Sequence record: OR844650.1
Reading direction: 5' to 3' (one strand)
DNA: 64,000 nucleotides
The notes beneath the pieces are model-generated. The model ran no database searches, had not been told where the DNA came from, and saw nothing but the letters and a program-made list of their open reading frames with translations. The first letter of the stretch is position 1. Each line of letters begins with the position of its first letter. Below are positions 40,175 to 51,099 of this stretch, piece by piece. The position numbers and the translations under genes were made by a program.

Positions 40175-40368
40175 TCCTCAAGATGCATGTAGTACATAAA
40201 CATCGCCAACCATATAAAAAACCCGAAACAACGAAGTAAAATATCAATTGTTGGATCTGTCCCACCATTAACTTGGTAAACGATTACTGGGATTAAAGCA
40301 ATAGTAATAGACACAGCACATAAGATGAATGCAACAAACACCTCAAACATAAACTTAATCGTTTCCAT
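40171..40368 (-). CDS. small membrane protein, 2 TM
   Basis: Hydrophobic hairpin. Confidence 0.7.
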   Translation of the reverse strand: METIKFMFEVFVAFILCAVSITIALIPVIVYQVNGGTDPTIDILLRCFGFFIWLAMFMYYMHLED

Positions 40369-40927
40369 TATTATCCTTCAATGTGTAGTGTAGTACATCT
40401 AAAAAGTTATACATTGATTCATTACGCACAACCTTGATTGTTAAATTACGACAACCCAACATACGTTTGAGGCGACGCTTCACCGCAGTTAAATCATGTG
40501 TACTATTCGTATACAGACCATTAACCTGACCTGGAACAGTTGGCACATGAAGAATGTAATCATAATTCATTAGTAAGCGTTGATTATATTTCTTTAATGC
40601 TTGCTTGTATTCTGAAATATTTTCAAAGAATGTACAATAACGGTCGTAACGATTCATTTTATTCAAAATTGAAATACGAAAAGCGTTACCACTATTCCAA
40701 TCATCTTCAGTTGGGTTTGGGTTGATATGTGCCATGTTAGCTGTACTGTACCCACCACTTGTGAAAACTTCAGAATATCCATTCTCAAAAACATACAATG
40801 TTGCTTTGTGGCCTCTGAATTCTTTACGGTACTTTGACAGTACTTGGATGTGATTACGCTTGGACTTGTACATTTCGTAACCTTCATAATCTGAACTGAA
40901 TTCACAAATTTTATCAACACCAGCCAT
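40355..40927 (-). CDS. conserved phage hypothetical protein
   Basis: MAGVDKICEFSSDYEGYEMYKSKRNHIQV; GAGGA SD. Confidence 0.75.
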   Translation of the reverse strand: MAGVDKICEFSSDYEGYEMYKSKRNHIQVLSKYRKEFRGHKATLYVFENGYSEVFTSGGYSTANMAHINPNPTEDDWNSGNAFRISILNKMNRYDRYCTFFENISEYKQALKKYNQRLLMNYDYILHVPTVPGQVNGLYTNSTHDLTAVKRRLKRMLGCRNLTIKVVRNESMYNFLDVLHYTLKDNNGND

Positions 40928-41127
40928 TTCGTATATCCTCGTTTAATTAATATAGGAGTATTATACATACTCCATTTTCATGTGTCAAGCTTTATAATAC
41001 GGAAGACTTTTTACTAAAGATTCAGACGTATTATTTTTTACCCATGTACTACCGTTGTCATTAGATACGTATCCAGTACCATTAATAAATTTACGCATAA
41101 TACCAGTAAAAATATTAGTATACACCA

Positions 41128-41325
41128 TTACTCAGTATCCTTTGGTTTAGAATGTAAACCATACTTTTCATCATAACGATCATAGGTAGTACCATTAGTA
41201 CTAGCTTTGATGCTTTCAGTACGATTGATTGGTTCAATCTTAACACCACGATAACCAATCTCTTCTTTAAATTGTTCCCATGATTCACGTAAACTCATTT
41301 TAGCCCCTTTTGTTATTTCATACAC
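41128..41325 (-). CDS. hypothetical protein
   Basis: ORF; likely start MSLRES. Confidence 0.55.
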   Translation of the reverse strand: MYEITKGAKMSLRESWEQFKEEIGYRGVKIEPINRTESIKASTNGTTYDRYDEKYGLHSKPKDTE

Positions 41326-41458
41326 TCACGTAGGTCAATCTTTTCTACTGACCCACCGAGCACTAGATAGTGAAAATTAGAATCTTTGTTTGCCATATTC
41401 AAAAGATCTGCTTTCTGTTGAAGCGTAAAGCGTGAAGTACTGTTACGTACTGGCATAG

Positions 41459-41902
41459 TTACTCCTTAAAGTAGATATCACGAATTTGTTTAATCATCTC
41501 TAACTCTTGAAGTCCTATCATACCAAAGTCTTCTTGTATTGTCAACTGCTGAAAGTACATTTCTTCTAAATTATTGTACGGAATCTCAACAAGATTCAAA
41601 GGCTTACTTTCCACACGATAAATTGTATCTTGTACATCATGCTTTTCGATATGAATACTAAATGTATCTTTTTGAATTCTAAATTTATAAAATGTTTGAT
41701 TTGTTGTAAACAAACCAACTTTAGGATGGAATCCCATTTGAATACACAAACAATCTTCATCCTTATATTTCAAGTATATAGCTTTTGACGTTGCTAGTAC
41801 TTTAGATTTTGGGAAATAAAAATCACCCATCAACTTCTGTCGTTTCCAATCCTCGTATACAACTGGATGCTTAACCTTCTTCAATTGGTGCAGTACTGTC
41901 AT
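41459..41902 (-). CDS. EExxFQxST-motif family protein
   Basis: NLEEMYFQQLTIQEDFG. Confidence 0.75.
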   Translation of the reverse strand: MTVLHQLKKVKHPVVYEDWKRQKLMGDFYFPKSKVLATSKAIYLKYKDEDCLCIQMGFHPKVGLFTTNQTFYKFRIQKDTFSIHIEKHDVQDTIYRVESKPLNLVEIPYNNLEEMYFQQLTIQEDFGMIGLQELEMIKQIRDIYFKE

Positions 41903-42282
41903 AGTTTTTTCCAGTCCAATGAATCGAAATCGATTTGCTCAGGATTATCAACAGCGACAACTCGTGCATTATGAAGAGTTTCAAAGTAGCCGTTCCACGG
42001 TGTACGTACTGGGATTTTTTCATCTCCAATTTTTACAAAGAAAGAGAATTCACATGACATTGGATCAAACCATTCTTTATGTTTGGCTTCATCGATTATT
42101 GTAGCACGTTCGTTACTATATGCATCATCGAGTTTCTTAAAGAATACCCAATGCTCTTTCAAAGACTGTAATGCTACAACTGCCTCATCCTTTGATTCCC
42201 ATTGAACATCCAATGTATTGGTAACTGAATCTTCAGTTTCAGTGTCCCCTGTAGTGTAATGTACTTCAATGCAGTATTTCAT
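41899..42282 (-). CDS. hypothetical protein
   Basis: 127-aa ORF. Confidence 0.7.
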   Translation of the reverse strand: MKYCIEVHYTTGDTETEDSVTNTLDVQWESKDEAVVALQSLKEHWVFFKKLDDAYSNERATIIDEAKHKEWFDPMSCEFSFFVKIGDEKIPVRTPWNGYFETLHNARVVAVDNPEQIDFDSLDWKKL

Positions 42283-42734
42283 TATTCATCACCTTTTAGT
42301 AATTTACAAATTTCAATCATATGATAATAACATGTATTCCAAAATTGTCCATTAGTACTCCCAACATCATGCACAGTACTTAGCTGGAACACATATTCAT
42401 CGTTAAACATATTTTTCATATCTTCAACGTAACATTCTTTTTTAGAATCATAGTTATATTCTATACTCATTTCTCCATCTGGGTCAAGTGATATTGATGA
42501 TATGTCTTGAACGAAGGCGGGGTTTGTTGGAGAAAAGTATAACGTAAGTTGATAGCAGTCTGGGTCAGTTTCATAACAATACACAATATTATAATTCCCA
42601 CCCGTGGTTGGGCTGTATTTAAATTCTGTTTTATTAGTATTTGACATGCTATACCCAAGGTTCTTTATCTCTTGGAGATGTAATAATATTTTATGTAAAG
42701 TTCCTAAAACATGAATCAAATTATCAATTTTCAT
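42282..42734 (-). CDS. EExxFQxST-motif family protein
   Basis: NDEYVFQLSTVHDVG. Confidence 0.75.
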   Translation of the reverse strand: MKIDNLIHVLGTLHKILLHLQEIKNLGYSMSNTNKTEFKYSPTTGGNYNIVYCYETDPDCYQLTLYFSPTNPAFVQDISSISLDPDGEMSIEYNYDSKKECYVEDMKNMFNDEYVFQLSTVHDVGSTNGQFWNTCYYHMIEICKLLKGDE

Positions 42735-43246
42735 TTACGTTCCTTTAAAAAGTTCAGTTTAAAAGTTTTACCAAATTCCATTGTAGCTTTACCCAGATTA
42801 TTAATATTTTCTTTCAACATTTCTTGCATCTTCCTAATACTTTCATTCCAGGCTTCTTCTTCTTTGCGGAGGACTGGTCGCAATCGTTCCTGAATATCGT
42901 TAAAACGTGTATTGAGTTCAACCAATGATTCATATGTGAAATCTTTCATATCGATGATAGTACTACGTTGAAAGAATTCTTCTTCAGACAAATTACTTAA
43001 AATGATTTTATCACGACCAATAGATAATGTCAATTCATCATCTTTATTTTTTTTAATTACAATACTAACAGGTGTTTTTAATGTAATGCAAATATCATGA
43101 TTATTAAATGTTTCAGTTTGGTTTGACATTCTGAATTGAAGTTTCCCAGATAAAGCATGTACTGGTGATGGTTTCTTTTTACCAGTAATAACATCTTCCC
43201 ATGAATCGAGAATATTATTAATAATTTTAACATAAGGAATTGGCAT
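42731..43246 (-). CDS. EExxFQxST-motif family protein
   Basis: SEEEFFQRSTIIDMKDFTYE. Confidence 0.75.
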   Translation of the reverse strand: MPIPYVKIINNILDSWEDVITGKKKPSPVHALSGKLQFRMSNQTETFNNHDICITLKTPVSIVIKKNKDDELTLSIGRDKIILSNLSEEEFFQRSTIIDMKDFTYESLVELNTRFNDIQERLRPVLRKEEEAWNESIRKMQEMLKENINNLGKATMEFGKTFKLNFLKERK

Positions 43247-43288
43247 ATATGCACCTATGAAAAATCCACGCAATGCGTGGATTTGTAA

Positions 43289-43819
43289 TTATTCAAGTAT
43301 AGTAATTTCAATTAAACGAATTTCGATAAACTCGTTTTCAGTTTCCCATGACGTGCCAAATTTCTTTTCAAGTTCAGATTTCACATCACTTTTAAATTTT
43401 CCCATAGTATTAGGAATAATTTGTTTGGTTAATTTGTCGTAACCACAATAAAACATAGGTTTCTCCCTTCGAGATATTAGCTGAACAAAATCTTTTGGAT
43501 ATGCAGGTATGTTATGCATCACTTCATGAATACACTCAGTACTTGAATCTTGTACTTTGTACATTACATTAAGTTTACCTCTGAAATTTGCGGTCATATC
43601 AACAATAGTTCCTTTACCCGATTTAAGTAAAGTTCCATTCTTTGAATGAGAGCAATAAAATACCTCATCACCAATATTAGGATAATACAAATTAAATTCT
43701 AATTCAGATTTTACAGCCAGCCGTTTGAAACTTTCTGTACGTTTTATATAAGTTTGGTATTTGTTTATGTTCAAAAGAATATCTCTCTTAGTAAATGTGA
43801 TATAACTGGCATAGTCCAT
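43289..43819 (-). CDS. hypothetical protein
   Basis: 176-aa ORF. Confidence 0.65.
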   Translation of the reverse strand: MDYASYITFTKRDILLNINKYQTYIKRTESFKRLAVKSELEFNLYYPNIGDEVFYCSHSKNGTLLKSGKGTIVDMTANFRGKLNVMYKVQDSSTECIHEVMHNIPAYPKDFVQLISRREKPMFYCGYDKLTKQIIPNTMGKFKSDVKSELEKKFGTSWETENEFIEIRLIEITILE

Positions 43820-44631
43820 CCATTCCCAAGCATTTTGTATGCTTGTGTCTTACTAGACACTTTAAAGAAATCTTCAGGAACACCCTGTAATTTACAACAT
43901 TCTACTACACTTAAGTGTCTATAGTCAATATTTCTTTTGCCATTCTCTAATAGATATTGACGACTGATCACTGGGTCACGAAACACCAATTGTCGTCTGG
44001 ATTTATTAAAGTACTGGTTACAATCACCACCTTTAAAATAGTTAGCATCTATACAGTACGAAGCGGTTCTGTCAGTGTACCAACCATCTTCAATAATATC
44101 TTGAAGTTTAGGTGCATTGGATAATGCAGGTGGTATAAAAAGCTTATCAGTACTGTACCAGTAATATCTCTGCCTGAAGTGAGGCGTATAATGCTGGGAG
44201 TTTATCAGTACTGGCGTGATTCCTAAAATACTATTAATGTATTCTTTGAAATCTTCCTTCATTTTAACATTTTCAAACAGAAATTTCAAGTTAGGATTGA
44301 GACTTTTGATATGATCAAAAATTTCAACCATTACTAAAAATAACTGCCCACGTATATCATTTAAACCACCCTGTTTACCTGCAACTGACCAGGCTTGGCA
44401 TGGGAAACCACCCATTAATAAATCTATTTTGTCCCACTCAATATCCCATTCTCTCCACTTAGTTACATCACCCAATTGGATAATATCAGGAAAGTTAGAT
44501 TGAGATTCAGCTATTGCGTACTTATCAATTTCGGATGAATAATATTTTTCAACTGGGATACCCGCATCTTGCAATGCCATATATCCCACACTCATTCCAT
44601 TAAAAAGAGAAAGTACTCGGATAGGTTTCAT
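43771..44631 (-). CDS. DNA (cytosine-5)-methyltransferase, orphan
   Basis: Motif I VLSLFNGM, motif IV GGFPCQ, motif VI FENV, motif VIII RQRYYW, motifs IX-X LSVVECCKLQG..YKMLGNGW. Confidence 0.92.
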   Translation of the reverse strand: MKPIRVLSLFNGMSVGYMALQDAGIPVEKYYSSEIDKYAIAESQSNFPDIIQLGDVTKWREWDIEWDKIDLLMGGFPCQAWSVAGKQGGLNDIRGQLFLVMVEIFDHIKSLNPNLKFLFENVKMKEDFKEYINSILGITPVLINSQHYTPHFRQRYYWYSTDKLFIPPALSNAPKLQDIIEDGWYTDRTASYCIDANYFKGGDCNQYFNKSRRQLVFRDPVISRQYLLENGKRNIDYRHLSVVECCKLQGVPEDFFKVSSKTQAYKMLGNGWTMPVISHLLREIFF

Positions 44632-44683
44632 ATAAAATCCTTTTTATATTGTTAAGGTACTATAATATATTATAGCATCTTAT

Positions 44684-45274
44684 TTAGAAATCTTCCAAAC
44701 TTTTTTCATCACACCATCGTGATGTACAGATGATTGCAGATGCCAGAATTGAAGCACTTGCACGTCCTCCACCGAGTAAATACTGGCTAATTACGCCAAT
44801 CATATTGAACACTTTATCATACTCGGTTAGTTGTTCAAAACCTTTCTTCCAATGCTGATATTCTTCTTCTGTGACATTAAACTCACCATCAAGTTCCTTT
44901 AAAATCTTTTTAAGCACAGCACTATGTTCACTCATCATCATCTCCATATCGTTCGTCATAAAAATCATCATCACGATCTAATGGTTCTTTTGGCTTTTCA
45001 GACATATATTTCCTCACATGGTAAAGGTATTATCACCATCCATATCTTCATCAGTTGCTTCAGCTAATGTCTTGATTGTAAGTAATCCACGCTTCACGTA
45101 CAACATGAAGACCTTTTCATAATTACCAAACATAATCTCAGGTGACATGTAATTCTCTGTTACAATGACGATTGGACGGCCCTGTGAAAGCATACGAAAC
45201 ATAGTACGATATTTGTCAAATGTGCGAAATTCATCCATGTTCATCATGTGGCGTTTACGAACTACTTTAGTCAT
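44684..45274 (-). other. Two hypothetical CDS (44684..44974, 45014..45274)
   Basis: ORFs. Confidence 0.65.
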
Positions 45275-45288
45275 CTTATTACCTTTAG

Positions 45289-45729
45289 TTAATTGAACTC
45301 TACTTCTGGATAATGATTATAGAACATCTCACGAACTGCGTCAAGATGTTCTTGAAATTGTTTTATATCTTCTAATGATGGTGCATCAATAACAGTACTA
45401 AGTTGAAACAACGATTCTTCTGTGTTATATAGTGACATATCAAATGAATTATTGTTGTCATCAGTTATGATATTATCACAAATTTCGTAAGTGTCAATAC
45501 AAACATCATCAAGTGTTGTATTATCATATACAGTGTATACGAATACAAAAATAAAAGAAGAATGTTCTTTACCATAACGCGGTGGGTCATATGTCACATA
45601 GCATTTGTGATCAAATGTATCGAGTTCCATAGACACCACCCCAGCTTCACGATATTCATTAGTTTCACTGGTAAGATCCGGTATTGATGTTATCGAAAGT
45701 AAGTGGAGAAATTTACTTGGATTTAGCAT
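45289..45729 (-). CDS. EExxFQxST-motif family protein
   Basis: TEESLFQLSTVIDAPSLE. Confidence 0.75.
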   Translation of the reverse strand: MLNPSKFLHLLSITSIPDLTSETNEYREAGVVSMELDTFDHKCYVTYDPPRYGKEHSSFIFVFVYTVYDNTTLDDVCIDTYEICDNIITDDNNNSFDMSLYNTEESLFQLSTVIDAPSLEDIKQFQEHLDAVREMFYNHYPEVEFN

Positions 45730-46178
45730 TTCACCACCATTGGATTTTGCGACTGTATATTAAAAAGGGATAATACAAAAGTACTCAATTTTTCGAAACA
45801 ATCTACTAATACATTTAACTCATCATAACTAACACCAATTTCACGAATAAGCGATTGTTGAAAGAATCCTTCTTCGGTTAACGTTAAACTACTAACCTCA
45901 GTTATGTTATAATAACTTTGGGATGTTGTGGTTGATATTAGTTGTATTGAAATCGTATCTGATGTTGTGTTGTACAGATATAAATATTTTGTTTTTCTTT
46001 CCAATGGATCTATACATGAAAGATCGATCATGTCATAGGTTTTTCCAATAAAAATATTACAATCATCTGACAATTCACAACAAATGCGTATATGTTCTTT
46101 CGGGTCATGAACACGTTGTGTGTCAAATTCACATGACATTGCAATTTCAAAATGATTTTTTATTTCGTCAACATTCAT
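45723..46178 (-). CDS. EExxFQxST-motif family protein
   Basis: TEEGFFQQSLIREIGVSYDE. Confidence 0.75.
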   Translation of the reverse strand: MNVDEIKNHFEIAMSCEFDTQRVHDPKEHIRICCELSDDCNIFIGKTYDMIDLSCIDPLERKTKYLYLYNTTSDTISIQLISTTTSQSYYNITEVSSLTLTEEGFFQQSLIREIGVSYDELNVLVDCFEKLSTFVLSLFNIQSQNPMVVKC

Positions 46179-46552
46179 CTGCACCCACCATTAATTCTTA
46201 TATTTGTATAGTTTAATGCTTTTTTAATAATACCAATTTCTGTAATTCCTATTACATTTTTCTCAATCAATGACAATTGGAATAGTTCCTCTTCGGAAAT
46301 ATCAATACTGTGGATTCTTGTACAATAATCGTTGAAGTCATATACATATCGTATTGTATAGTCGTTTATAGAAACTGATACAATTGCAATCCCATCATGG
46401 ATGTAAGTTAGTTCATTTGAGTATCTATTAAAAATTAACCTATCTGGTGAACCTATTGGTAGTTGAAATGTATTTCTAGTATCTTGAACAATAACAAAAT
46501 CATCATCTATATTTCTACTCAGAACACCCAAAATATCATATATAGTAGTCAT
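46175..46552 (-). CDS. EExxFQxST-motif family protein
   Basis: SEEELFQLSLIEKNVIG. Confidence 0.75.
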   Translation of the reverse strand: MTTIYDILGVLSRNIDDDFVIVQDTRNTFQLPIGSPDRLIFNRYSNELTYIHDGIAIVSVSINDYTIRYVYDFNDYCTRIHSIDISEEELFQLSLIEKNVIGITEIGIIKKALNYTNIRINGGCR

Positions 46553-46553
46553 G

Positions 46554-46958
46554 TTATTCTTTACCTTCAGCAGTTCTGATAATTTTCATAACTTCTCTGG
46601 ATAGTGCGTATATTTTTTTATAGTACTCAAATGTAACTGAACCAAAATCATTAATAGTACTAGCCATGAAGAACGATTCTTCTGTATATAGTTCATTTGA
46701 CAAAGCAACCAGTTCTTGGTGAAATTTTGCGTTCTTCCAATAACGAAATTCAAAAACAAATTGTCCGTCATGACCGACTCTACAACATTCAGAACGATCA
46801 CTGTCTACACAGCTAAACACAATATCCCTTTCAGAGTCGTACCAGATATTTCCAATATTTGTTTCAATAACAGCATAATCAATTTTTTTAGAATTTGGAA
46901 TTAAACCTTTTTTCACCAGCACTAAACTGGTATTATCAATATCTAGTAAACTTACCAT
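46554..46958 (-). CDS. EExxFQxST-motif family protein
   Basis: TEESFFMASTINDFGSVTFE. Confidence 0.75.
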   Translation of the reverse strand: MVSLLDIDNTSLVLVKKGLIPNSKKIDYAVIETNIGNIWYDSERDIVFSCVDSDRSECCRVGHDGQFVFEFRYWKNAKFHQELVALSNELYTEESFFMASTINDFGSVTFEYYKKIYALSREVMKIIRTAEGKE

Positions 46959-46959
46959 A

Positions 46960-47370
46960 TCAATTCCCCATTACTAAAGTGTTTTTAATCTCCAACAATT
47001 CACTATACATATTCTTCAATTGTAATATATCTTCAAAAGTAATACCACCAAGATCATCAACTAATGAACGTTGGAATAAAGATTCACTTGTTTGTAATGT
47101 ATCTAAATCGGTGATTTTTAATAAAGAACTTGGATTAAGTGTTTCGACTAGTAGTATGTTTTTGTATGGTACATATGTGATCTTGATGTTCTTTTTATAA
47201 TTAATCTTATAAAATCGCATAATTGACGATTCATCACTTAGTTGGATAATTGGGTCGTCTTGATCATTAGACCACCATACAGTACTAGTCATATGATTGA
47301 CGTGGTGGTTCAATTCTGATATGTCCAAATCTAAAAAATATTTTAGTTCATTGTGTAAATCTAAACTCAT
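46960..47370 (-). CDS. EExxFQxST-motif family protein
   Basis: TSESLFQRSLVDDLGGITFE. Confidence 0.75.
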   Translation of the reverse strand: MSLDLHNELKYFLDLDISELNHHVNHMTSTVWWSNDQDDPIIQLSDESSIMRFYKINYKKNIKITYVPYKNILLVETLNPSSLLKITDLDTLQTSESLFQRSLVDDLGGITFEDILQLKNMYSELLEIKNTLVMGN

Positions 47371-47425
47371 AAATTTATCCTCAATGCAGCATCATCATGT
47401 ATTGTAGGATAAACCCACAATAATG

Positions 47426-47821
47426 TCAAGATGTGAAATAATTATACCAGTAATATAGTTCTTTTAATTCTTCAGTACTGAACAATACTTCTTCTATTGT
47501 AGATTGTTGAAAGTGATATTCATCATTTAGATACATAGAAATATTACTATATACTTTCCTATTGTATTGACATAAAAAAGAAGTTTTTTGATTAATGTAT
47601 TCAGTAAATGTTAATTTATCTAACTCAATATCGAATGATAATTTAATAATATGACTATTATCATTTACATACATTAGTTTCTTTGAAAAATGATCAATTG
47701 TAATATATTCTTTATGAGAGAACTGAAATATATTATTAAATTTATTACCATTTGTGCTTCTAAATTTTTCAAGGTAATAAGAAAGTGGTTTAATTATTGA
47801 AGTTCCAATATTGTTCTTCAT
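47426..47821 (-). CDS. EExxFQxST-motif family protein
   Basis: NDEYHFQQSTIEEVLFSTEE. Confidence 0.75.
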   Translation of the reverse strand: MKNNIGTSIIKPLSYYLEKFRSTNGNKFNNIFQFSHKEYITIDHFSKKLMYVNDNSHIIKLSFDIELDKLTFTEYINQKTSFLCQYNRKVYSNISMYLNDEYHFQQSTIEEVLFSTEELKELYYWYNYFTS

Positions 47822-47842
47822 ATATCCTCAATTTTAGATAAG

Positions 47843-47866
47843 AAAAATGCCCCGAAGATCGGGGCA
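47843..47866 (-). terminator. intrinsic terminator
   Basis: TGCCCCGA-tct-TCGGGGCA followed by T5. Confidence 0.75.
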
Positions 47867-47981
47867 GTACTAAAATGATTTTGTACCAAAAGGGGAATAA
47901 GAACAAAATGAAAATATAATAACGCATCATTATTATGTAAGGGAGGAAAGTAACATGATATGTTAACCATTTCTGGTATAT

Positions 47982-48533
47982 TTATTTATCATTTAATTCT
48001 TTAAGTTGGGTTTGTATATCTTTAGTTATATTTCGAATTTTCTTAAAGCAATAAACACTATCGTCCAATTCGATTTTAAGTTCATGTGTAAATGCATACA
48101 GAAGTTCAGCAAATACTAAATCTTGACGCATCCAGTTTCCATCTTTATATAAAGTCATTACACAATATGGGCATTCACTATTAGAAGTTTGCTTTCCAAT
48201 AAAAACACTTTGAATTGATTCATGCTTAAAGCCAATAAAACTTTCATTTATTTTTTTAATTTCAGTACTGATATCGAATTTAGCACTGGTGTTGATTGCA
48301 AAAATTTTATTCCCACTTTCATCAGTATTGATATTGAGTTCAATATCACTACCTAGTTTACGTACTGCTAGAGTATAAAGAAGTAATTCATACATGTCGT
48401 AACTTGTTACATTACCATTTGGTGCAATTACATCAACACTAACACCGTGCATTTTTACTTCTGTATTAAATCCATCTTTATCAGAAAGAAAATCAGTGAT
48501 TTGCTTTGTAAGGATTTTAATTTGGTCTATCAT
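47982..48533 (-). CDS. hypothetical protein
   Basis: 183-aa ORF. Confidence 0.7.
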   Translation of the reverse strand: MIDQIKILTKQITDFLSDKDGFNTEVKMHGVSVDVIAPNGNVTSYDMYELLLYTLAVRKLGSDIELNINTDESGNKIFAINTSAKFDISTEIKKINESFIGFKHESIQSVFIGKQTSNSECPYCVMTLYKDGNWMRQDLVFAELLYAFTHELKIELDDSVYCFKKIRNITKDIQTQLKELNDK

Positions 48534-48553
48534 ATTTCATTTCCTTATGTGAT

Positions 48554-48578
48554 AAAAGCCTCCATAATGGAGGCTTTT
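48554..48578. terminator. intrinsic terminator, bidirectional
   Basis: AAAA-GCCTCCA-taa-TGGAGGC-TTTT. Confidence 0.8.
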
Positions 48579-48586
48579 GTATTTAC

Positions 48587-49015
48587 TTAGAGAGATTCTT
48601 CGTATTCAGCAACAATCTCAACCATTTCATTAATGAACTTGATGTGAGAATGTGTCACTGTACGGAAGTCGTAAACAAGTGACTGTTGGAAAAATACATC
48701 TTCATCAAGAGAACCATCAAAGTTCAAATCAATGTTTTCATCGTCATTGCTTGGTGCAACTTTAATATTCAGAAGATTTTCATCAACTGCAAGTTTTACA
48801 ACACAACCCAGTGCAATGGCAAGAACATATGCTGGTTTCTTAGCTTTTTCATTACGGAATGGTGCACGTAGAGCACAAAAAGTACTGCTAATCTCATCAT
48901 TTGGTTCTTTGTATTTAACATTGACCATTAGTTCTTCGATTTTGACGCTCTCAATAACACGACCAGTTTCTGGAGCGAAGAAAGAATGTTCACGGATAGT
49001 TTGTTCGATATTCAT
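48587..49015 (-). CDS. EExxFQxST-motif family protein
   Basis: DEDVFFQQSLVYDFRTVT. Confidence 0.75.
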   Translation of the reverse strand: MNIEQTIREHSFFAPETGRVIESVKIEELMVNVKYKEPNDEISSTFCALRAPFRNEKAKKPAYVLAIALGCVVKLAVDENLLNIKVAPSNDDENIDLNFDGSLDEDVFFQQSLVYDFRTVTHSHIKFINEMVEIVAEYEESL

Positions 49016-49018
49016 ATA

Positions 49019-50613
49019 TTATTCCTTATTTAGATTGCTAAAAATACGAAGATTGCGGTTTGCTTTAAACTGTTTCAAATCACCAAATCTATCATCAACG
49101 ATGAAAGTTGCTGATTTCTTTGACTGACATATTGTACAAATCAACATACCTTGTATTGTATACTCAGTTGAGCAATTTGTACAGTACTTTTTTTCATAAA
49201 GTTCAGTACTCATAAAACCTTCACATCAGTACGTTTTTCTCTTTGTTCTTTTTTAACCTCATCAGTTCTAGTATCTTCTAATTGTAACACAACTTCTTTT
49301 AGAATGTCAACATCAATTGTTGCTTCTACATATTGATAGTCGTTTACACCAAAAACATACTTTACTGCAACCCATACACGGTTATACCATTTTAAAAAAG
49401 GATTTAAACGCATACTTATCAGACATTGACCAAGTTTATCATCTCCATATTCCTCTGTCAAGTCAAATTGTGCAATGTGAACGCAATGCTCCATTTTATC
49501 GCCACAAGAACAACGTAAAATATACTCTTTACTATCTTCACTCATACTGGATAAGCCTTTAAAAATTGTTTAAGAACTCCAAACTTAGATGAATCGTAAT
49601 CGTATTGATAGTTAAGCTCTCGCTTATCATTCATACGATACACCATATGAAAATTTGGATAACCAATTCTAACAGGTTTTTTAGGATTAGCAAGTAAAAT
49701 TGCCCATTCTTTTACTGGAAATACGTTTTCAGTCAGCATTTTGATATTTGTTTCAAAATACTTCATGGCTTGCTTTCCGTGTTTGTAATCTTCTTCACTA
49801 ATCTCTTGACAATCAATTCTATGTGTTTCGGTATCTAACACCCATTGTTGATCTTCGGTATATAAATCAATTACATCATCAATAGTATAACTATCAGGTA
49901 AATCATAAAATACCCAATGAGATAAACCAGAACTTACACCAATTCGAATTTTAAAGAACTTCATTCTTTATCACCTTTTACATAATTATAACACACGACA
50001 CAGTGAATTACAAGAAGAATTATTTCCACAATGTTAAGAGACAATACATGACTCTGCGGTGTGAAAAGTGCCAATAACAACATTATAGCAGGTATTGTGA
50101 ATATTTTCCAAGTTTTTTTCATTTTATTCCTTTGTATATGCATATGGTAAAAATAAAACCTCTGCATTAGGAATGCATTGTGCCAATCCTTCAACAATAG
50201 ATTTGTTTTTATTACATTGCCAAACTTTAGTAATTTTATGTCTAAATACTTTTTTATCAACGACAATCCAGTACATGTCCATTTTAACAGTACTGTTATC
50301 AGATGGTGTTAGTAAAGTATCGATGTCATATGTATCAAAGATTTTGTCGTTCATATAATCTCCTAATAAAATATTCTCGATTCTCTCTTATATACCCAGA
50401 TACACAGTTAGTTGTGGCTTGGTTAGTGAATGAAATCTCACTATTGGACACGCCATTTGCATCACACAAAGGACATATTCCCATGTACTTGGGGGTCGGG
50501 TAGGTGTCCAATTTGTATTTTTCATTACACACCATGTACTGCTGTGGCAATACATCTAATATTATTTCATATTCTTCATCAAACACCTTGAAGCATACCC
50601 AACATTTACCCAT
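49019..50613 (-). other. Run of small hypothetical CDS (49019..49213 CxxC zinc-finger-like, 49210..49545, 49542..49964, 49961..50122 membrane, 50124..50354, 50335..50613)
   Basis: Abutting ORFs; CTNC..CTIC in the first. Confidence 0.65.
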
Positions 50614-51097
50614 TATAGTTTTCCTTTAACACCGTTCTTATATATTCGAATGTTTTAACAAACCAATCATGTTCGTCGGATACATCTACAACTTTACCAC
50701 CATATACATAGTAATGGTAAAAAGGTAACTTGCTTTTTCTTAATCTTTCGGCTAACTCTGGATTTTGAATTATCTTAGCACAAATAGCATCTTGAATAAT
50801 AGAAATACAATCATCCGTCATTTCAATTCGATCATGCATATATTTGTTAGCGGCTGCTTTTGCTGCTGCACCAGATACTTTTCTAAGGTCATCATGTTTT
50901 TGCCCAGTTAAAAACCAAAAGTAAAATGTTTCAACTGAAGGGAACCAACCATATGGTTCAAGTGTGAAGCTATGTGAAGAAAAGTTAGATAGATCTCTAC
51001 CTAACTTAGTTCTAGCTTTACTATAAATGTTAATGTGTCGGTATCCATCATCAGTAGGGTCAATAAAGTCAAATGACTCTTCTGGGAACTCAAACAT
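50606..51097 (-). CDS. NADAR-family protein, T4 gp30.3-like
   Basis: INIYSKARTKLGRDLSNF..GWFPSVETFYFWFLTG..AICAKIIQNPELAERL. Confidence 0.65.
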   Translation of the reverse strand: MFEFPEESFDFIDPTDDGYRHINIYSKARTKLGRDLSNFSSHSFTLEPYGWFPSVETFYFWFLTGQKHDDLRKVSGAAAKAAANKYMHDRIEMTDDCISIIQDAICAKIIQNPELAERLRKSKLPFYHYYVYGGKVVDVSDEHDWFVKTFEYIRTVLKENYNG

Positions 51098-51099
51098 AA

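Noticed and set aside
43771-44631. A complete restriction-modification system
   Set aside because: Neither neighbour shows nuclease motifs, so it is treated as an orphan methyltransferase.
49961-50266. 101-aa ORF as listed in the track
   Set aside because: Its first 48 codons overlap 50124..50354 out of frame; the plausible gene is the membrane peptide 49961..50122.
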